64,000 nucleotides of DNA from Octopus vulgaris. Its lineage: Eukaryota. This document shows positions 22,775-36,375 of the stretch, in pieces. Within the stretch, counting starts at the first letter, position 1. Each line of letters begins with the position of its first letter. Under the pieces are notes generated by a model. It did no database searches and had not been told where the DNA came from. It saw only the letters and a list, made by a program, of their open reading frames with translations. Position numbers and translations under genes: made by a program. Location: positions 47,864,001-47,928,000 of the forward strand of contig OX597823.1 in NCBI GenBank assembly GCA_951406725.2, read 5' to 3'.

Positions 22775-23120
22775 CTTTTACTAGTTTCAGTCATTTGACT
22801 GCGGCCATGCTGGAGCACCGCCTTTAGTCGAACGAATCAACCTCAGGACTTATTCCTTGTAAGCCTAGTACTTATCCTATCGGTCTCTTTTGCCGAACCA
22901 TTAAGTCACGGAGATGTAAACACACCAACTCCAGTTGTCAAGCGGTGGTGGTGGTGGTGGTTCAAACACACGCACACACATACACACACAACGGGCTTCT
23001 TTTACAGTTTCCATCTACCAAATCCACTCACAAGGCTATAGAAGAAACCAAATGTGCCCCGCAGTGTGACTGAATCCGAAATCGTGCGGTTGGGAAGCAA
23101 GTTTCTTACCACACATTCGT
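22775..23120 (-). mobile_element. SINE family A
   Basis: Reverse complement; tail-to-tail with the preceding copy. Confidence 0.85.
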
Positions 23121-23319
23121 GTCAGGCCTTCAGTTGCATATGTAATATCTGGGTTTGGTAGTAACAGGAATGGGTTAGCAGAAACATTATCTGTCGTTGT
23201 GAAGAAGTGGGCTGGGTTCACTACTAAAAACTGAATCATGAATGTGATGAGCCCCAACAACTGAAAAAGACTGAGTTGAACACACTTAATTGGATGTGCA
23301 ACATAAATTTAGTTGATAG

Positions 23320-24185
23320 CAGGGATGTGCACCCTGGGTAGGCAAGGTAGGTAATGCCTACCCTGAATAAAATAGATCATCATCATCGTTTAACGTCCGA
23401 CTTCCATGCTAGAATGGGTTGGACGATTTGACTGAGGTCTGGCAAACCAGATGGCTGCACCAGACTCCAATCTGATCTGGCAGAGTTTCTACAGCTGGAT
23501 GCCAACCACTCCAAGAGTGTAGTGGATGCTTTTACGTGTCACTGGCACGAGGGCCAGTCAGGCGGTACTGGCAACGACCACGCTCAAATGGTGCTTTTTA
23601 TGTGCCACCTGCACAGGAGCCAGTCCAGCGGCACTGGCAACGACTTCGCTCGAATATTTTTTCGCAAACCACCGGCACAAGTACCAGTAAGGTGACGCAG
23701 GTAACGATCACGTTCGAATGGTGCTTTTTACGTGCTACCGGCACGGAGGCCAGCTTGTTGCTCTGGCAACAATCACACTCGTATGGTACTCTTAGCGCTC
23801 CACGAGTATGGATGCCAGCCATCGAATTTGATTTCGATTTCACTTGCCTCGATTTTCCTTTTATGACAAAATATGCACCTAATTCAGTAAAATCATGAAG
23901 GTTACTCTGATTACTATGCATAAAATACAAATTTCTTTTTGTCATTAGTTAGGCATAATTTGCCCTTGCCTTTCAATGTCAGTATTAAAGCTATGCCTAG
24001 AACTGCTGTAGCACACGTACAGTGTACATTCCTACAACAATGTTTTCTTTACGCGTTATAAAGGCAGAAGTAAATCTGCCTGCAACTAAGTCACGCGCCT
24101 GTGATTCGCTTATTTTGTTTCTGTGTTTTAGAACATAAACATCACCAACTGCCTACCCTGAGTAATTACTGATAGCACATGCCTG
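23320..24185. mobile_element. hAT-like non-autonomous DNA transposon with nested SINE B (23377-23850, minus)
   Basis: TIR CAGGGATGTGC / GCACATGCCTG; 8-bp TSD GTTGATAG / GTAGATAG; subterminal TGCCTACCCTG repeats. Confidence 0.75.
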
Positions 24186-24249
24186 GTAGATAGGCTGAGT
24201 ATAGGTGTGTTTAGAAAGCAGCTGGATATAGATGGGTGTAATTATGCGA

Positions 24250-24610
24250 TAAGATGTTTGTTTCACAACTACGTGACTCTGGATTCAGTTCCACTGTGTG
24301 GTAACTTGGACAAGTGTCTTCTACAATAGGTTTGGGCCGACAAAAGCCTTGTGAGTAGATACGGAAAGAAACCCGTCATATATATATATATATCATGTGT
24401 GTGTTTGTCCCCACCACCGCTTGTCAACTGGTGTTGGTGTGTATAAGTCCCCGTAACTTAGCGGTTAGGCAAAACAGACTAATAGAATAAGTGCCAGATT
24501 TAAATAAAAATAGTAAGTACTAGGGTTGATGTGTTCGACTCGAAATTTTCAAGGAGGTGCTCTAGCATGGCCACAGTCTAAATGACTGAAGCAAGTAAGA
24601 GATAAAAGAT
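24250..24610 (+). mobile_element. SINE family A, diverged
   Basis: Core and 3' tail. Confidence 0.8.
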
Positions 24611-25789
24611 AAAGCATAATAAATATAACTGAGGTTGATGATAGGTGGTTAGACAAGAGCTGGAAATGGTCATAAATGCAAGGTAGAGCAGTGCTATGGG
24701 TTGATAATAAGGGGAGGTACTCAAAGTCGTAATAGATAAAATATGATTCAGCTGAAAGTTGCAAAATCAGGTCTGAAGATTTTGGTCTCACTAGCGTAAT
24801 GATATTCTTTGTACATTTGAAGTTCATCTAGCCCGTGACTGTTAAACGGTAAAATGGATGATAAAAACAAAGAGGAAAATGATGAAGATTATCAATAATC
24901 GACTGAGGAGATACTTTGTGCCAATTTTGTTTTTATAACATTTAATAACTATTCCTTTATAGTATGCTCTATTTGCCGTAATCATCTTCGTAAGATTGCC
25001 GCCTTTTCAGACACATATATTAAACAGCTCTCTGTACAACAACCCCAGTGATTCCCAGAAAAAAAATTCCTGTTATCTCATTATTGCGAAGCAGCATCAG
25101 AAATGATTAAATCTATGACAGGGTAAGAAATTTGGGCCATTAAACAGTAGAAATGAAGATCTTTCTGCTTTTTATTTCTTCCCTCTTCCCTCTATCCCCT
25201 CCCCGTTTCTGTCCCTGTCTAATAAAAGCCATGTAACATCAGCAATAGCACCAACAATAGTGCTAATGGAAATACAATAACAATGAGAAGAATATGAAAC
25301 AACGTAGAATCCTAAATCAGATACGTTTTTCCCATTGGTTGTTATTATCCACAAGCAGCTGGTGTTTGCTGCTTTAGAAACTTTGATAGCACGTTATTAA
25401 TCAATAGATTCTTTCACCATTAAGACATCGGTTGTTTCTTTTATCCGTGATGCCAGACCAACAACAAGACCTGACATCAGACAGTGGAATGGCTTTCAAA
25501 GCTCAGCTGTAAAGGCGTCGATAGACAACGACAAATGCTGTATCATTACAGCAACCATGGCACAGACGACATACACAACAAACCTATAAGAGATCATGCA
25601 GGTTTTATACACCAATAATAATAATAATAATGATGATAATAATAATGAAAGTCTTCTATCTTCCTATCACTTTCATTTTTTCTTCCTTTCTTTCGTCATT
25701 TCTCTCATTCCTTTTCCCTTTTCTTTTGTTCGTGATAATAGCGAGTTTGTTTCTTGTAAATCTACCGCCATCACTATTTGATCACCACC

Positions 25790-25825
<36 letters not shown>

Positions 25826-26229
25826 TTACTTTTACTTATTTGGTTGACACCGTTGTGTTATGGAAAGTATATTGTTAAGTGAAACAGCATCAAATACGTT
25901 GCTGGCACTTGTTTTATTGATCCCAGACTGTATGGAGCTTAAAGTTGACTCCGACAAGATTTGAACTCAAAATTGTTGAATAATAGAATGCAGTTGAAGC
26001 CAAGCACTATCTCTTCTGGGACTTCACTCTCCTCCTCCTCCTCCAACTACAACTGCTACCTCATATAAAAAATAACCCTTTTTTTTTTTTTGTTATAGAC
26101 ACAAGGCCTGAAATATAGTGACCCCCTGTTCCTTTCCTGACTGGTACTTATTTCTTAGAACCCCGCTTCCCAGAAAGATGAAAGACAAAGTCAACCTCGG
26201 GAGAATTTGAACTCAGAACGCAATAATAC

Positions 26230-27180
26230 ACCATACAGAACTACTGTGACTGTGCACAAGTTTATTGCCGAAATTTTGTTTCTGGCATTCAGCTTTGAAG
26301 CCAATATTTTTCTCATTTGCCACATGTACTCTTTCTTTGACATCTTTGAGTTTAATTCCATCTATCACAAGGATTCTCAGGTATTTATATCCGGATTCAG
26401 GTTCACTTGTCTTCATCATTCCATCACTTGGCAAACATATACCTTCTGTCCTGACAGGCTTTTCTCATCTTGTCACCATCGTAGCACGTTTTGAAAGTCC
26501 AAACTCCATCTTGATTTCAGTCAAGAAAATACACACGGACTGGACTAGACTGTCCAGTTCTTCCTCACTTTTAGATAACACCTTCAAGCCATCAATGAAT
26601 AGCATGGGTAATTAAGTTTTCCCTTATCACTTCCCAGATCATACCCCAACTTTGTCTTCTGCAGTATTTCATTTAAGGGGATCATTCTCATCACAAAGAT
26701 CAGTGGGGATACACTGTCCTCCAGGAAGATTACTCTCTTGATTTTCACTGCTTCTAATACCTGATTCCCTGCTGTCAATTCAGTTCTCCAATATTTCATA
26801 CTGTTCCATATAAGGCATCCCATGTTTTCTGCTACTCCATACATACATTTTCATAGTTCTTCTTATCTAAGACTGTGGTATTATATTGTACGCTTTACAA
26901 TAATAAATCTATGCCATGCTTAGGTTTGTGTGTCTTCTCTAGCAGTTTCTGAGAATTAGTTTCTCAATTAACAGCTGATCTTTCATTGCCCTGCTCCTAT
27001 TTTGGCACCCTTTCTGTTCAATAGGTAGCAGCCCACTTCTTTCTAAGTATCCATACAATTCAACAGCCAAAGCACCTGACAATAGTTTCTACATTAGAGG
27101 AAGATACATTATAAGTCGAAAGTTGGATATAATATTACCCTTTTCAAGATCCTTGGTACATAATAATGTCTTTCCCATTC
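26230..27180 (-). mobile_element. R4/Dong-like non-LTR reverse transcriptase fragment
   Basis: KIKRVIFLEDSVSPLIFV..MIPL (degraded RGIFQGDSLSPL); GYKYLRIL; many stops. Confidence 0.75.
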
Positions 27181-27392
27181 GCATTTCTGAGTGTTGAGTA
27201 CCATGTTCACGATTCTCACCAAGAGAAAAGTGATCTTGGTTGATTCTGTATCCTCATCCGTTCATTTCTCAGGAGCTAGCTCCCGATTCCTTGTTCAACC
27301 GCCTTCATCCACTTGCAATTTATCACCATCAATGTGGCTAAGGATTCTCATCTACCCAATTATTATTATTATCATTATTATTATTATTATTA

Positions 27393-27424
<32 letters not shown>

Positions 27425-27429
27425 GAGTG

Positions 27430-27885
27430 AGAAAGCAGCGCATGTCATCAAAGTGACACTGGGGTACAAATACACGAAGCCCAGTATACCCATTATGACT
27501 ACCCATCTGATAAGGGTACACCAGATACATACATCACAACCAGATAAACAGTGCATGACCTTTTCTTCTGGTTGAGTAGCCCATCCAGCTCAAAAGGTCC
27601 CTGAATAAGGGTTGTTTAAGGATATTGAATGAAACACCCATGTTTCCAGTGCTGAATTATTCAAACCCCAAAGAATTCCTCTCAGCACATGACTATGATG
27701 CTTCCTCACTATTTCTGCTCAACTGGTTATGGTCAAACAACTGACAAGCAAATCTGGGGTACTGAACAGAATACTTGCTGTAGCCCATCTTTTACACCAT
27801 GGCAAAATATGTACATGATAACACTTTCAATCGGTTAAGATCAGAAGCCATGAGAGCCACTACCTGGTACTGCATCAGGGCATTA
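27430..27885. mobile_element. Putative non-autonomous retroposed segment flanked by (TAT)n
   Basis: Non-microsatellite insert between TAT/TGT runs; no ORF. Confidence 0.4.
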
Positions 27886-27909
27886 TTATTATTGTTGTTG
27901 TTGTTGTTA

Positions 27910-28025
27910 TGGTGGTGAGCTGGCAGAAATGTTAGCCTGCCGGGCGAAACGCTTAGTGGTATTTCGTCTGTCTTTACGTTCTGAGTTCAAATTCCGCTGG
28001 AGTTGACTTTTCCTTTCATCCTTTT
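27910..28025 (+). mobile_element. SINE family C 5' part
   Basis: Matches 18703-18815. Confidence 0.8.
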
Positions 28026-29444
28026 TATATCTTTGCAACAGTTTTACAGTCTCTACAACTTCCATGTGATGTCCATCCTCGCAAGTGGATAGATGATATT
28101 CATAGAAGCGAAGCTTCAGGGTAGTCATCACCTGGGAACAAGGACCAGGCAATCTTGTCCACCAGTTCATTGACTGCTTCTGGTGATTCTTTCATAACAG
28201 TAGCCTCCAATCCTTGATATTGTTGTTTGTTTCTCTACTGCTTTTCACTTTTATCTCCTCCTCTGTAATTCCAGCTCCTCAGGACAGAAAAAAGTCAAAT
28301 GGCTCTTACTGCCACATATATAGCAGCTGGGCCTTTGTCCTTAAGCTGTAGTCAAAATGATTTTGAACAAGGTCATAAAGACTTGCAAATCCATGCTGAA
28401 CCCTTCCGATTCACATATTGTTTCTCATTACTTTCACACCTACTCTACAAATGTAATAACGAAACCAGAGTAAATTCCCAAGCCAATCTCCTTCACTATC
28501 ACTCATGAATTGCACTGACCCATGTACTGCAGTGCAAAACTATATTCAGGTGTGTAAGACACTGTACATGCCTATAGCCTCATCTCGGTGTCAGACTTGA
28601 AAACTAGGCAGATAGTCCTTTATATTCTACCACAATCGAAGAAAGCTACAACCCTCCGTAGATTGGTGGTTAAAACCTCCTTTAAAAGTTCTTTTGAGAG
28701 CAATTGAAGACCTATTTCCCGAATAAAGGGTCATAAGTAAAGAAACATTTGATTAGGTCACATATGTGAGCAGCATTATCTTCTTCGTCGTTTCAGTTGT
28801 ATTCAAACATTTTTGTGTTGCTGATAATGGAAGCCAAGAAGGATTTTTTTTTTTGCGTTTGTTATTTTCTGTTAGAATTTTAGTTCATATGGTTAGTGTG
28901 TGTCTTGATGTGAAGCGTATAATATGCTGGTGATAATTGATTTCTTTGTGTCTTAAAGTACAAATCTCCACGTTTTTCTATTTACATGACTTCTGTTCCT
29001 TTTTTTTTTGTGGGTGTGTATGTCTTAGTTACCAAGTTTTGAAATGTCTAACAGCAGAAAAAAATGTTAACAAACTAAACTTTTTTTCTTCCAAACAGAA
29101 ACAAAAGAATTTAAAGAATAAAAGTCCACCTCAAAAATACAGTTCACGCAAAAAACACTATTCTGCTTAGCATGTAATCCGATGGAATTTTCCGAAATCT
29201 CACGCACGGTACGTGGCACGTCTTGCCAAAGTAAAACAATGTACACTCTAGAGTGAAATGAACCAGGTAAAACAAGTAATGAAATTCTTGTATTTTGTCT
29301 GGACACAAAGGGCTCACACATACAAAGCAGTAAACTTTGAAAACAGCGAAGGCTAAAATATGTGTGGGTCTGGACCAAATCACATAAAGATGGGGGAGGG
29401 GGTAAAGCTCTTATATAAGAGACAAAAGATTTGATAAACCTTTA

Positions 29445-29830
29445 AAGCTTGCTTTCCAACCACATGGTTCTGGGTTCAGTCTCATTACATGGCACCTTGG
29501 GCAACTGTCTTCTAAAGCCTTGGGCCAACCAAAGTTTTGAGAGTAGATTTGGTAAGACAGAAACTGAAAGAAGCTCATCGTATATATGAGTGAGTGTGTG
29601 TGTGTGTGTATGTGCATATGTGTGCATGTGTGTGTGTGTGTGTCCTTGTGTCTGTGTTTGTCTCCCAACACCGCTTGAAAACCGAAACTTAGTGGTTTCG
29701 GCAAAAGAGACTAGAGAATAAGTACCAGGATTATAAAAAAAAAAAAAAATTCCAGGGTCAATTCGCTTGACTAAAATTCTTCGAGGTGGTGCCCCAGCAT
29801 GGCTGCAGTCTAAGGACTGAAACAAATAAA
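29445..29830 (+). mobile_element. SINE family A
   Basis: Core and 3' tail. Confidence 0.8.
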
Positions 29831-30650
29831 AGATAACAGATATAAAACCAAGTATAATGATGATAAAATAAAAGAGCAAAAGAAATTAACGTCAACTGCT
29901 CACACAAGTATGAGTATCCTCTGGTTTGGTTGGATCAAAACGTTCCATGGCACTTCTCACCAACTACGTATTATATTCTTCTTCGAGGTTTGCTAAAATT
30001 TCCAGTAAGTACATCATGAGATTATTAATTTTCGAAAGGAACTGCATATTCTGGATAGAAATATTTCATTCATTTATATATCTCTCTAGTGACTTGACCA
30101 ATAACTCTGCTAAGACACTGGAGAAATTAAACTAATTAAACTGCATTATCTCTTGTTACGTCCACATACTTGCAGACCAAATGGGCTTCTAGCTTAAAGA
30201 CTAACTCAGACAGTCCCTTGTTACTTCTTTTGGTAACTGTGAAACCGGACAAGTCTCAGAGATCAGGCCTTTTCCCACTTTTTCTAGAATCTTTCTAAAA
30301 GATTTGGCTTTTTTGTTGTTGATTTTATTTATTTTAAATTTTGTTTCCCTTTTCTCTTTTTCTCTTCTACAAGGGTCTGCCAGTCCCCTTCATGCTACAT
30401 ATTGTTCCCGTACTCAAGAGTGGATAGGCAAATAATGTTAAGAGGAGGACTTCGGCGTCATCGATCTCTCAGATCAGACACTAGGTAACATCCTGTAATC
30501 TCTTGACTGAGAGAGAATATTTCGGCATCATTCACTTTTGAAATCGAAATTCTTTCAGGGTCAATAAAATAAGTACCAGTTGAACGCTGAGGTCTATATA
30601 ATCGACTTACCACTCCCCCAAATTTTCTGGCCTCATGTCAAAATTTGAGA

Positions 30651-30707
<57 letters not shown>

Positions 30708-30729
30708 GTAGTAGTAGTAGTAGTAGTAG

Positions 30730-31410
30730 TATTTACATTTAATCTGCATATTTGTACAGTCACTTGCCAAGACACACCCAGTGTCCTGGGGCAAGTGAAG
30801 GATAAGAGATGTTACAGAGTAACCAAAAGCTTGGAGAAGGGAAGTAGTGAAATATCTTCATGTAATACAACACAGGCATTTAAATGGATAAGGTTTTCTA
30901 AGGATATAGGCAGTACTTGTCAGTACAATCTTTTGGATTTCTCTGAGACATGGTTCTCCAAGGATCTTATCTAGATGTTTCTGATATCCCTTTTTTTATC
31001 ATACCTAGGGCACCTACAATAACAGGAACAGTTTTTGTTTTAAGATGCCACATTTTTTATATTTCAATTTCCAGGTCCTTATATTTACTTAATTTGTCAA
31101 ATTCCTTGACAGATATATTTTTATCAGTGGGAACACTTATATCTATCAGTCTACAAGTATTTTCTTCTCTGTCTTTTAATAATTACATCTGGCTGATTAG
31201 CCTGGATTGTTCTGTCAGTGTTGACGGGACAATCCCAGAGGATAGTAACATTTTTACCATTAATGGCTGACTCAGGATGATGTTCATACCAGTAAGCAGG
31301 GGTGCTGATGTTGTAGTGTTTACATATTTTCCAGTGTAAATACTGTCCTACCCTATCGTGGCAATTTTGTACTCATTTGGTGTCAGCACAGGCCATCCTG
31401 AGACAAAATG
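30730..31410 (-). mobile_element. R4/Dong-like 3' end with restriction-like endonuclease domain
   Basis: HDRVGQYLHWKICKHY...WYEHHP...ILWD..V.TDRTIQANQPD..LIDISVP..KLSKYKDLEIEI..VPVIVGALG; ends at the (TAA)n/(TAC)n run. Confidence 0.8.
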
Positions 31411-32024
31411 TTACTAAACGTTTTGCCCAGTGTACTAGCAATTCTGACAGCTCGCTGCCCCATAGAACACAGATGTTGATGAGAAAATCCAACACTGAAT
31501 AAAATTTGCCAATGCAAACTTTGGTCTCATGAAGAAAGACTATTATTTGAAAATCCCTTGATGAGATCGACAACCAAATTTATGATCTATTAGACATTAC
31601 TTATCCCCACCCTCCTAAATGCTTTCAAAATCTGGACGGTTGATAGGCAGTGTCATGAAAAGTTGGTCATATTCTACCAGATCGCCACCTTTGGCCTCAG
31701 AAAAATTAAATGTCATTACCAAATACTACAAGGTATTTTATCTGTCATTTTATCAAATCTACCCAACCACCAAAGAGATATGGCCAAGTTGTGGAAATTT
31801 CAATTAAAAAATATGAGAAGATAAGGTTATGAATGTTAAAGAGTTTATATTTTTGCTACACTGGTTTCTTTCCAGGTTAGGTGTAAAATTAAAAAGATCG
31901 CTTTCAAATGTGGTTTCATGTTCAGTCCCACTGCATGGTACTTTGGACAAGTGTCTTCAAATATAGTCTCAGACTGACTTCAAGTGAGTGAACTTTGTAG
32001 ACAGAAACTATGTGAAAGCCCACA

Positions 32025-32062
<38 letters not shown>

Positions 32063-32354
32063 AAACTCCATTTAATTGAACAATGCAACCATTACATCAA
32101 TTTAAAAGCAGAGCAATTCTCAGCTGCATAAAGACATAGAATTTAATTAAATTAAAACAGATGGACACATTAGTATACAGTGTTCAATTAAATGGAGTTG
32201 CTTGAAACGATCGTACTGCATTACCTCTGGATATCCTTCTTGCTTATTTTGATTTTAATCACCTTATTTTGAAATTATATGGATAATACAGTACTAAATT
32301 CTGGTGCCTCAACTTAAGTACCATATTCATCTGAATCTATATCTATATCTATAT

Positions 32355-32398
<44 letters not shown>

Positions 32399-32399
32399 A

Positions 32400-32685
32400 T
32401 GAAGGCACAAAGTTTAGTAGTTAGGTCTTGAGTTCAATTCCCGATGGTGTTTTGTGTCCTTGAGCCCTTTATTTCATGTTGCTCCAGTCCACTCAGCTGG
32501 CAAAAATGAGTTGTACCTGTTTTTCAATGGGCTAGCCTTGTTACGTTCTGTATTACACTGAATCTCCCTGAGAACTATGTTAAGTGTTTGCATGTCTATT
32601 GAGTGGTCAACCACTTACAAGTTAATTTCACGAGTAGGCTGTTCCGTTGATCAGATCAACACTCATCATCATAACTGATGGAGTG
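32400..32685 (+). mobile_element. SINE family D variant, diverged
   Basis: Similar to 19825-20150. Confidence 0.7.
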
Positions 32686-32791
32686 TGGGTTAGTTTTGTA
32701 TATATATATATATATATTGTGTGTGTATGTATAACTGTATATATATTTATGTGTGTATGTATATATATATATACATATATATATATATGGA

Positions 32792-32832
<41 letters not shown>

Positions 32833-33630
32833 GTATGTATATGCATATGGATGTATCCTCTCTCTCTCTTCTATCTTTTCTCTTGTCAAAGAAGAAAATA
32901 TTTCTCCATTGTTTGCTATTTTACCCACGTTCTGGTCTAATGACCCTCCATGTTTGTTTTCATTCGATTTCCTAGTATGTCTCCACTGCCCTGTTTTTGT
33001 TTCCTACTTTGACCCTCCATAAATCCCAAATTTTATTTTGGTACTTATGGGAGCAACTGTCTTCAAAGACTCATATTGTCATTCAATGCTTGAAATGAGG
33101 AGTAGATGGACAGCCAACAACTGATGAAAGGACGTTCTTTGTGTCACTTGTTCTGTTTTCAATTTGTTTCTCTCGTTGTTTGCGTATTGAACTCATTTGT
33201 TTTCGTATTTCATGTTGTTTACAGTTGGTGACATCCTGTACCCATATATGCATGTGTATATTTATATATTATTCATTTTTATACTTTTTGTGATCTAGTT
33301 ATATGTTTTATAAAAATATATTTTATTTTTTATTTATGATTTGGTTTATGTCTATCATTGTTTGAGTTGCATAATAGTGTTTTTTTCTCTAATTTATATC
33401 ATATTATATATATATATATATATATACATACACACACACACATGTATATATACATACACACACATGTATGCATATTTCTTTGTGCTTGGTTTGTTCCCCA
33501 CTACCACTTGTCAAATGGTGTTGGTTTGTGCATGTTCCTGTCACTTAGCAGTTCAGCAATAGAGATCCTTATAATATGTAGCTGACTCAAAATAAATATG
33601 TAAATAAATAAACACACACATACACACATA

Positions 33631-33842
33631 CAGGATGGCCCAAAAGTAGGTTTACAGTTATCATGTAGGCACTTTAAATTTCTTTAAAAAAATTTTATTA
33701 CATTTAAATTTCTATCTTACAATTAACTAAATTAGCTTAGAATAAAGGTTTCATACATTTTTATAATTAAGATCTAAACTGTCGATATACGAATACGAAA
33801 GAGATAGTTGAATAACTGTAAACCTACTTTTGGGCCACCCCG
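33631..33842. mobile_element. Tc1/mariner-type MITE
   Basis: About 30-bp TIR CAGGATGGCCCAAAAGTAGGTTTACAGTTA; TA on the left flank. Confidence 0.8.
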
Positions 33843-34279
33843 TGTATATGTACAAGAGTCAATTTATTCGACTAAGCCCTCCAAGGCAATGACCCAGCAT
33901 GGTCGCAGCCCAATGACCAAAACAATTAAAAGAATAAAAATTAAAAGATAATGACTACTTAGAGTAGCTTGCAACACTTGTTAATATCTTGCTATGAATT
34001 TATAATTCACATATCCTGAAATAATAACCACTACCACCATCATCATCATCATCACCACCGTTTCTCACTGACCACAGGCTATGTCTTTAATGGGGTCTTA
34101 AAATATGAGAGGAGAATAAAGAACACAGTTCTAAACACTAGCCGTCTTAGTTCTAAACTGATCTGGTGCTGACTGTATAGTAAAAGACTCGGGAACACCT
34201 CATTATATGAACGTGCCCTAAAGAGCCAATTGGTTAATGACCATTCCAATTAATTAATGAGATTTCGTTAAGCATTTAT

Positions 34280-34318
34280 TGCTGGTGCTATTGTTACTGG
34301 TGTTTCTGTTATTGTTGG

Positions 34319-34350
<32 letters not shown>

Positions 34351-34770
34351 GTGGGGGTGGGGGTGACAGTGATGTTGGTGGTGGTAGTGACAATGATGGT
34401 GGTGTTGGTGTTGTTGTTGGTGGTGGTGGTGCTGAAGACGATACTTATTGCTGCAGCTGCTGTTTAGATGCTGTTGCAAATTCCATCACCACCACCAACA
34501 CCCCACCGCTGCCACCATTGGAATCACTAGCACCACCGCTTTTCCTGCTATTCCTGCTTCTGCTGCTGATGGTGCTGATGATGCTGCTGATGCTGGTCTT
34601 GAAGTTATCACAACAGCCACAACCACCACCACCACCATTGTCACCACCACCACCACCACCACTATAACCTCCATATCCATTGCTGCTGCTGTTCATGTTG
34701 TTGTTGCTGCTGCTGTTGCTACTGCTGCTGTTCTTGAAGTTATCGCCATCACTACAACGACAGCATGAAC
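34280..34770. repeat. Degenerate triplet low-complexity tract
   Basis: GAT/GGT/CAC/GCT runs. Confidence 0.85.
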
Positions 34771-34885
34771 AATAACATGGGAATAATCAATGTTAATTAA
34801 GCTCGGTATTATTCCATTGATTTCTGTTTTTCTCAATTTCCCTCTCCACAACATCAAACAATTTGTTTATTTTTATTTTTATTTC

Positions 34886-34958
<73 letters not shown>

Positions 34959-34967
34959 GTGTATGTA

Positions 34968-35006
<39 letters not shown>

Positions 35007-35237
35007 ATATGTATGGATATATGATGTATATGTTGTTGTTGTTTTATAATTTTTGTTTTGTTTTTGGCTTTTTTTTTATATCTGTTTCGTTTCATTTTCT
35101 TTGTCATTCCTCTTTTGCCTCCCACCTTCTCCTGGCGTTTCCTTCCTCACAGACAAGTTGCCTTCATCATGCCAAAGAAGCTTACCTTTGCAGCACGGAC
35201 ACAGACATAAATGGATGTCGCCACACACACACACACA

Positions 35238-35313
<76 letters not shown>

Positions 35314-35584
35314 CATGAATATGTATATTCACTATCTCAGAGTTGAAGAAAGGCAATTTTTGATGGCATTGCACTTTCTGAAAACTAACCCATAGACAGA
35401 ATTGTCTAGGCTATTTCTGCAAGCATATGCTGTAAAAGCAATGCTTACTAATGTGTCTTATGCCTTCCATCTTTTACCTTTTACTTATTTCAGTAATTAG
35501 ACTGTGGCCATGCTGGGGCACCACCTTGAAGAATCTTTAGTCAAATGAATTAATCCCTGCATTTATTTATTTATTTTTTTATTT

Positions 35585-35877
35585 ATGTGCCCTTTTCAAG
35601 CCTAGCTAGGCTCATGGGCCCGGTTTCCTGGTTTCTGTGGCATATGTGTTCCCCCCAGCTGGACGGGACACCAGTCCATCACAGCGGTACTCAAGAAGCA
35701 GGAAGAAAGAGTGAAAGAAAGTTGGGGTGAAAGAGTACAACAGGGGTCGCCCCCCACCTGCCAGAGCCTCATGGGGCCTTAGGTGTTTACGCTCAATAAA
35801 CACACACAACGCCCGGTCTGAGAATCGAAACCGCGATCCTCCGACTGCAAGTCCGCTGCCCTAACCACTGGGCCATT
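35585..35877 (-). mobile_element. SINE family D variant
   Basis: tRNA head on the minus strand; tail similar to 48480-48585. Confidence 0.8.
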
Positions 35878-36164
35878 TTATTTTTTAAACCTGGTACTTA
35901 CTCTATCACACTCTCCTGCTGAACCACTAAGTCATGGTTGTCAATCAGTGTTGGGAGACAAACACACACACACACACATTTAAAAACATATAATAAATGC
36001 ACAAATGAATGAAAAGCAAACTCAGAATGGCATGCTGAAAAACATAGTAAATGCACAGATGAAAGCAGAACAGACACAAAAGGTTACCAACTCCACATCA
36101 GTTATTGACCAGAAAATCAAACATCATTTCACACCTTTAACAATAATATTGCTTCCCTTCTAAG

Positions 36165-36375
36165 TCGGCAAGCTGGCAGAAACGTTAGCACTCCAGTCTT
36201 AGCAGTATTTCGTCAGACTTTACGTTCTGAGTTCAAATTCCACCAAGGTCTACTTTGCCTTTCATTCTTTCGGAGTTGATATATTAAGTAACAGTTGTGT
36301 ACTGGGGTCGATCTAATTGATTGGCCCCCTCCCTAAAAATTTTGGGCCTCGTGCCTAGAGCAGAAAAGATATTTT
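36165..36375 (+). mobile_element. SINE family C variant
   Basis: GCTGGCAGAAACGTTAGC...GAGTTCAAATTCC. Confidence 0.75.

Noticed and set aside
34279-34768. Gly/Ala/Thr-rich ORFs
   Set aside because: Degenerate triplet low-complexity DNA that is open in several frames.
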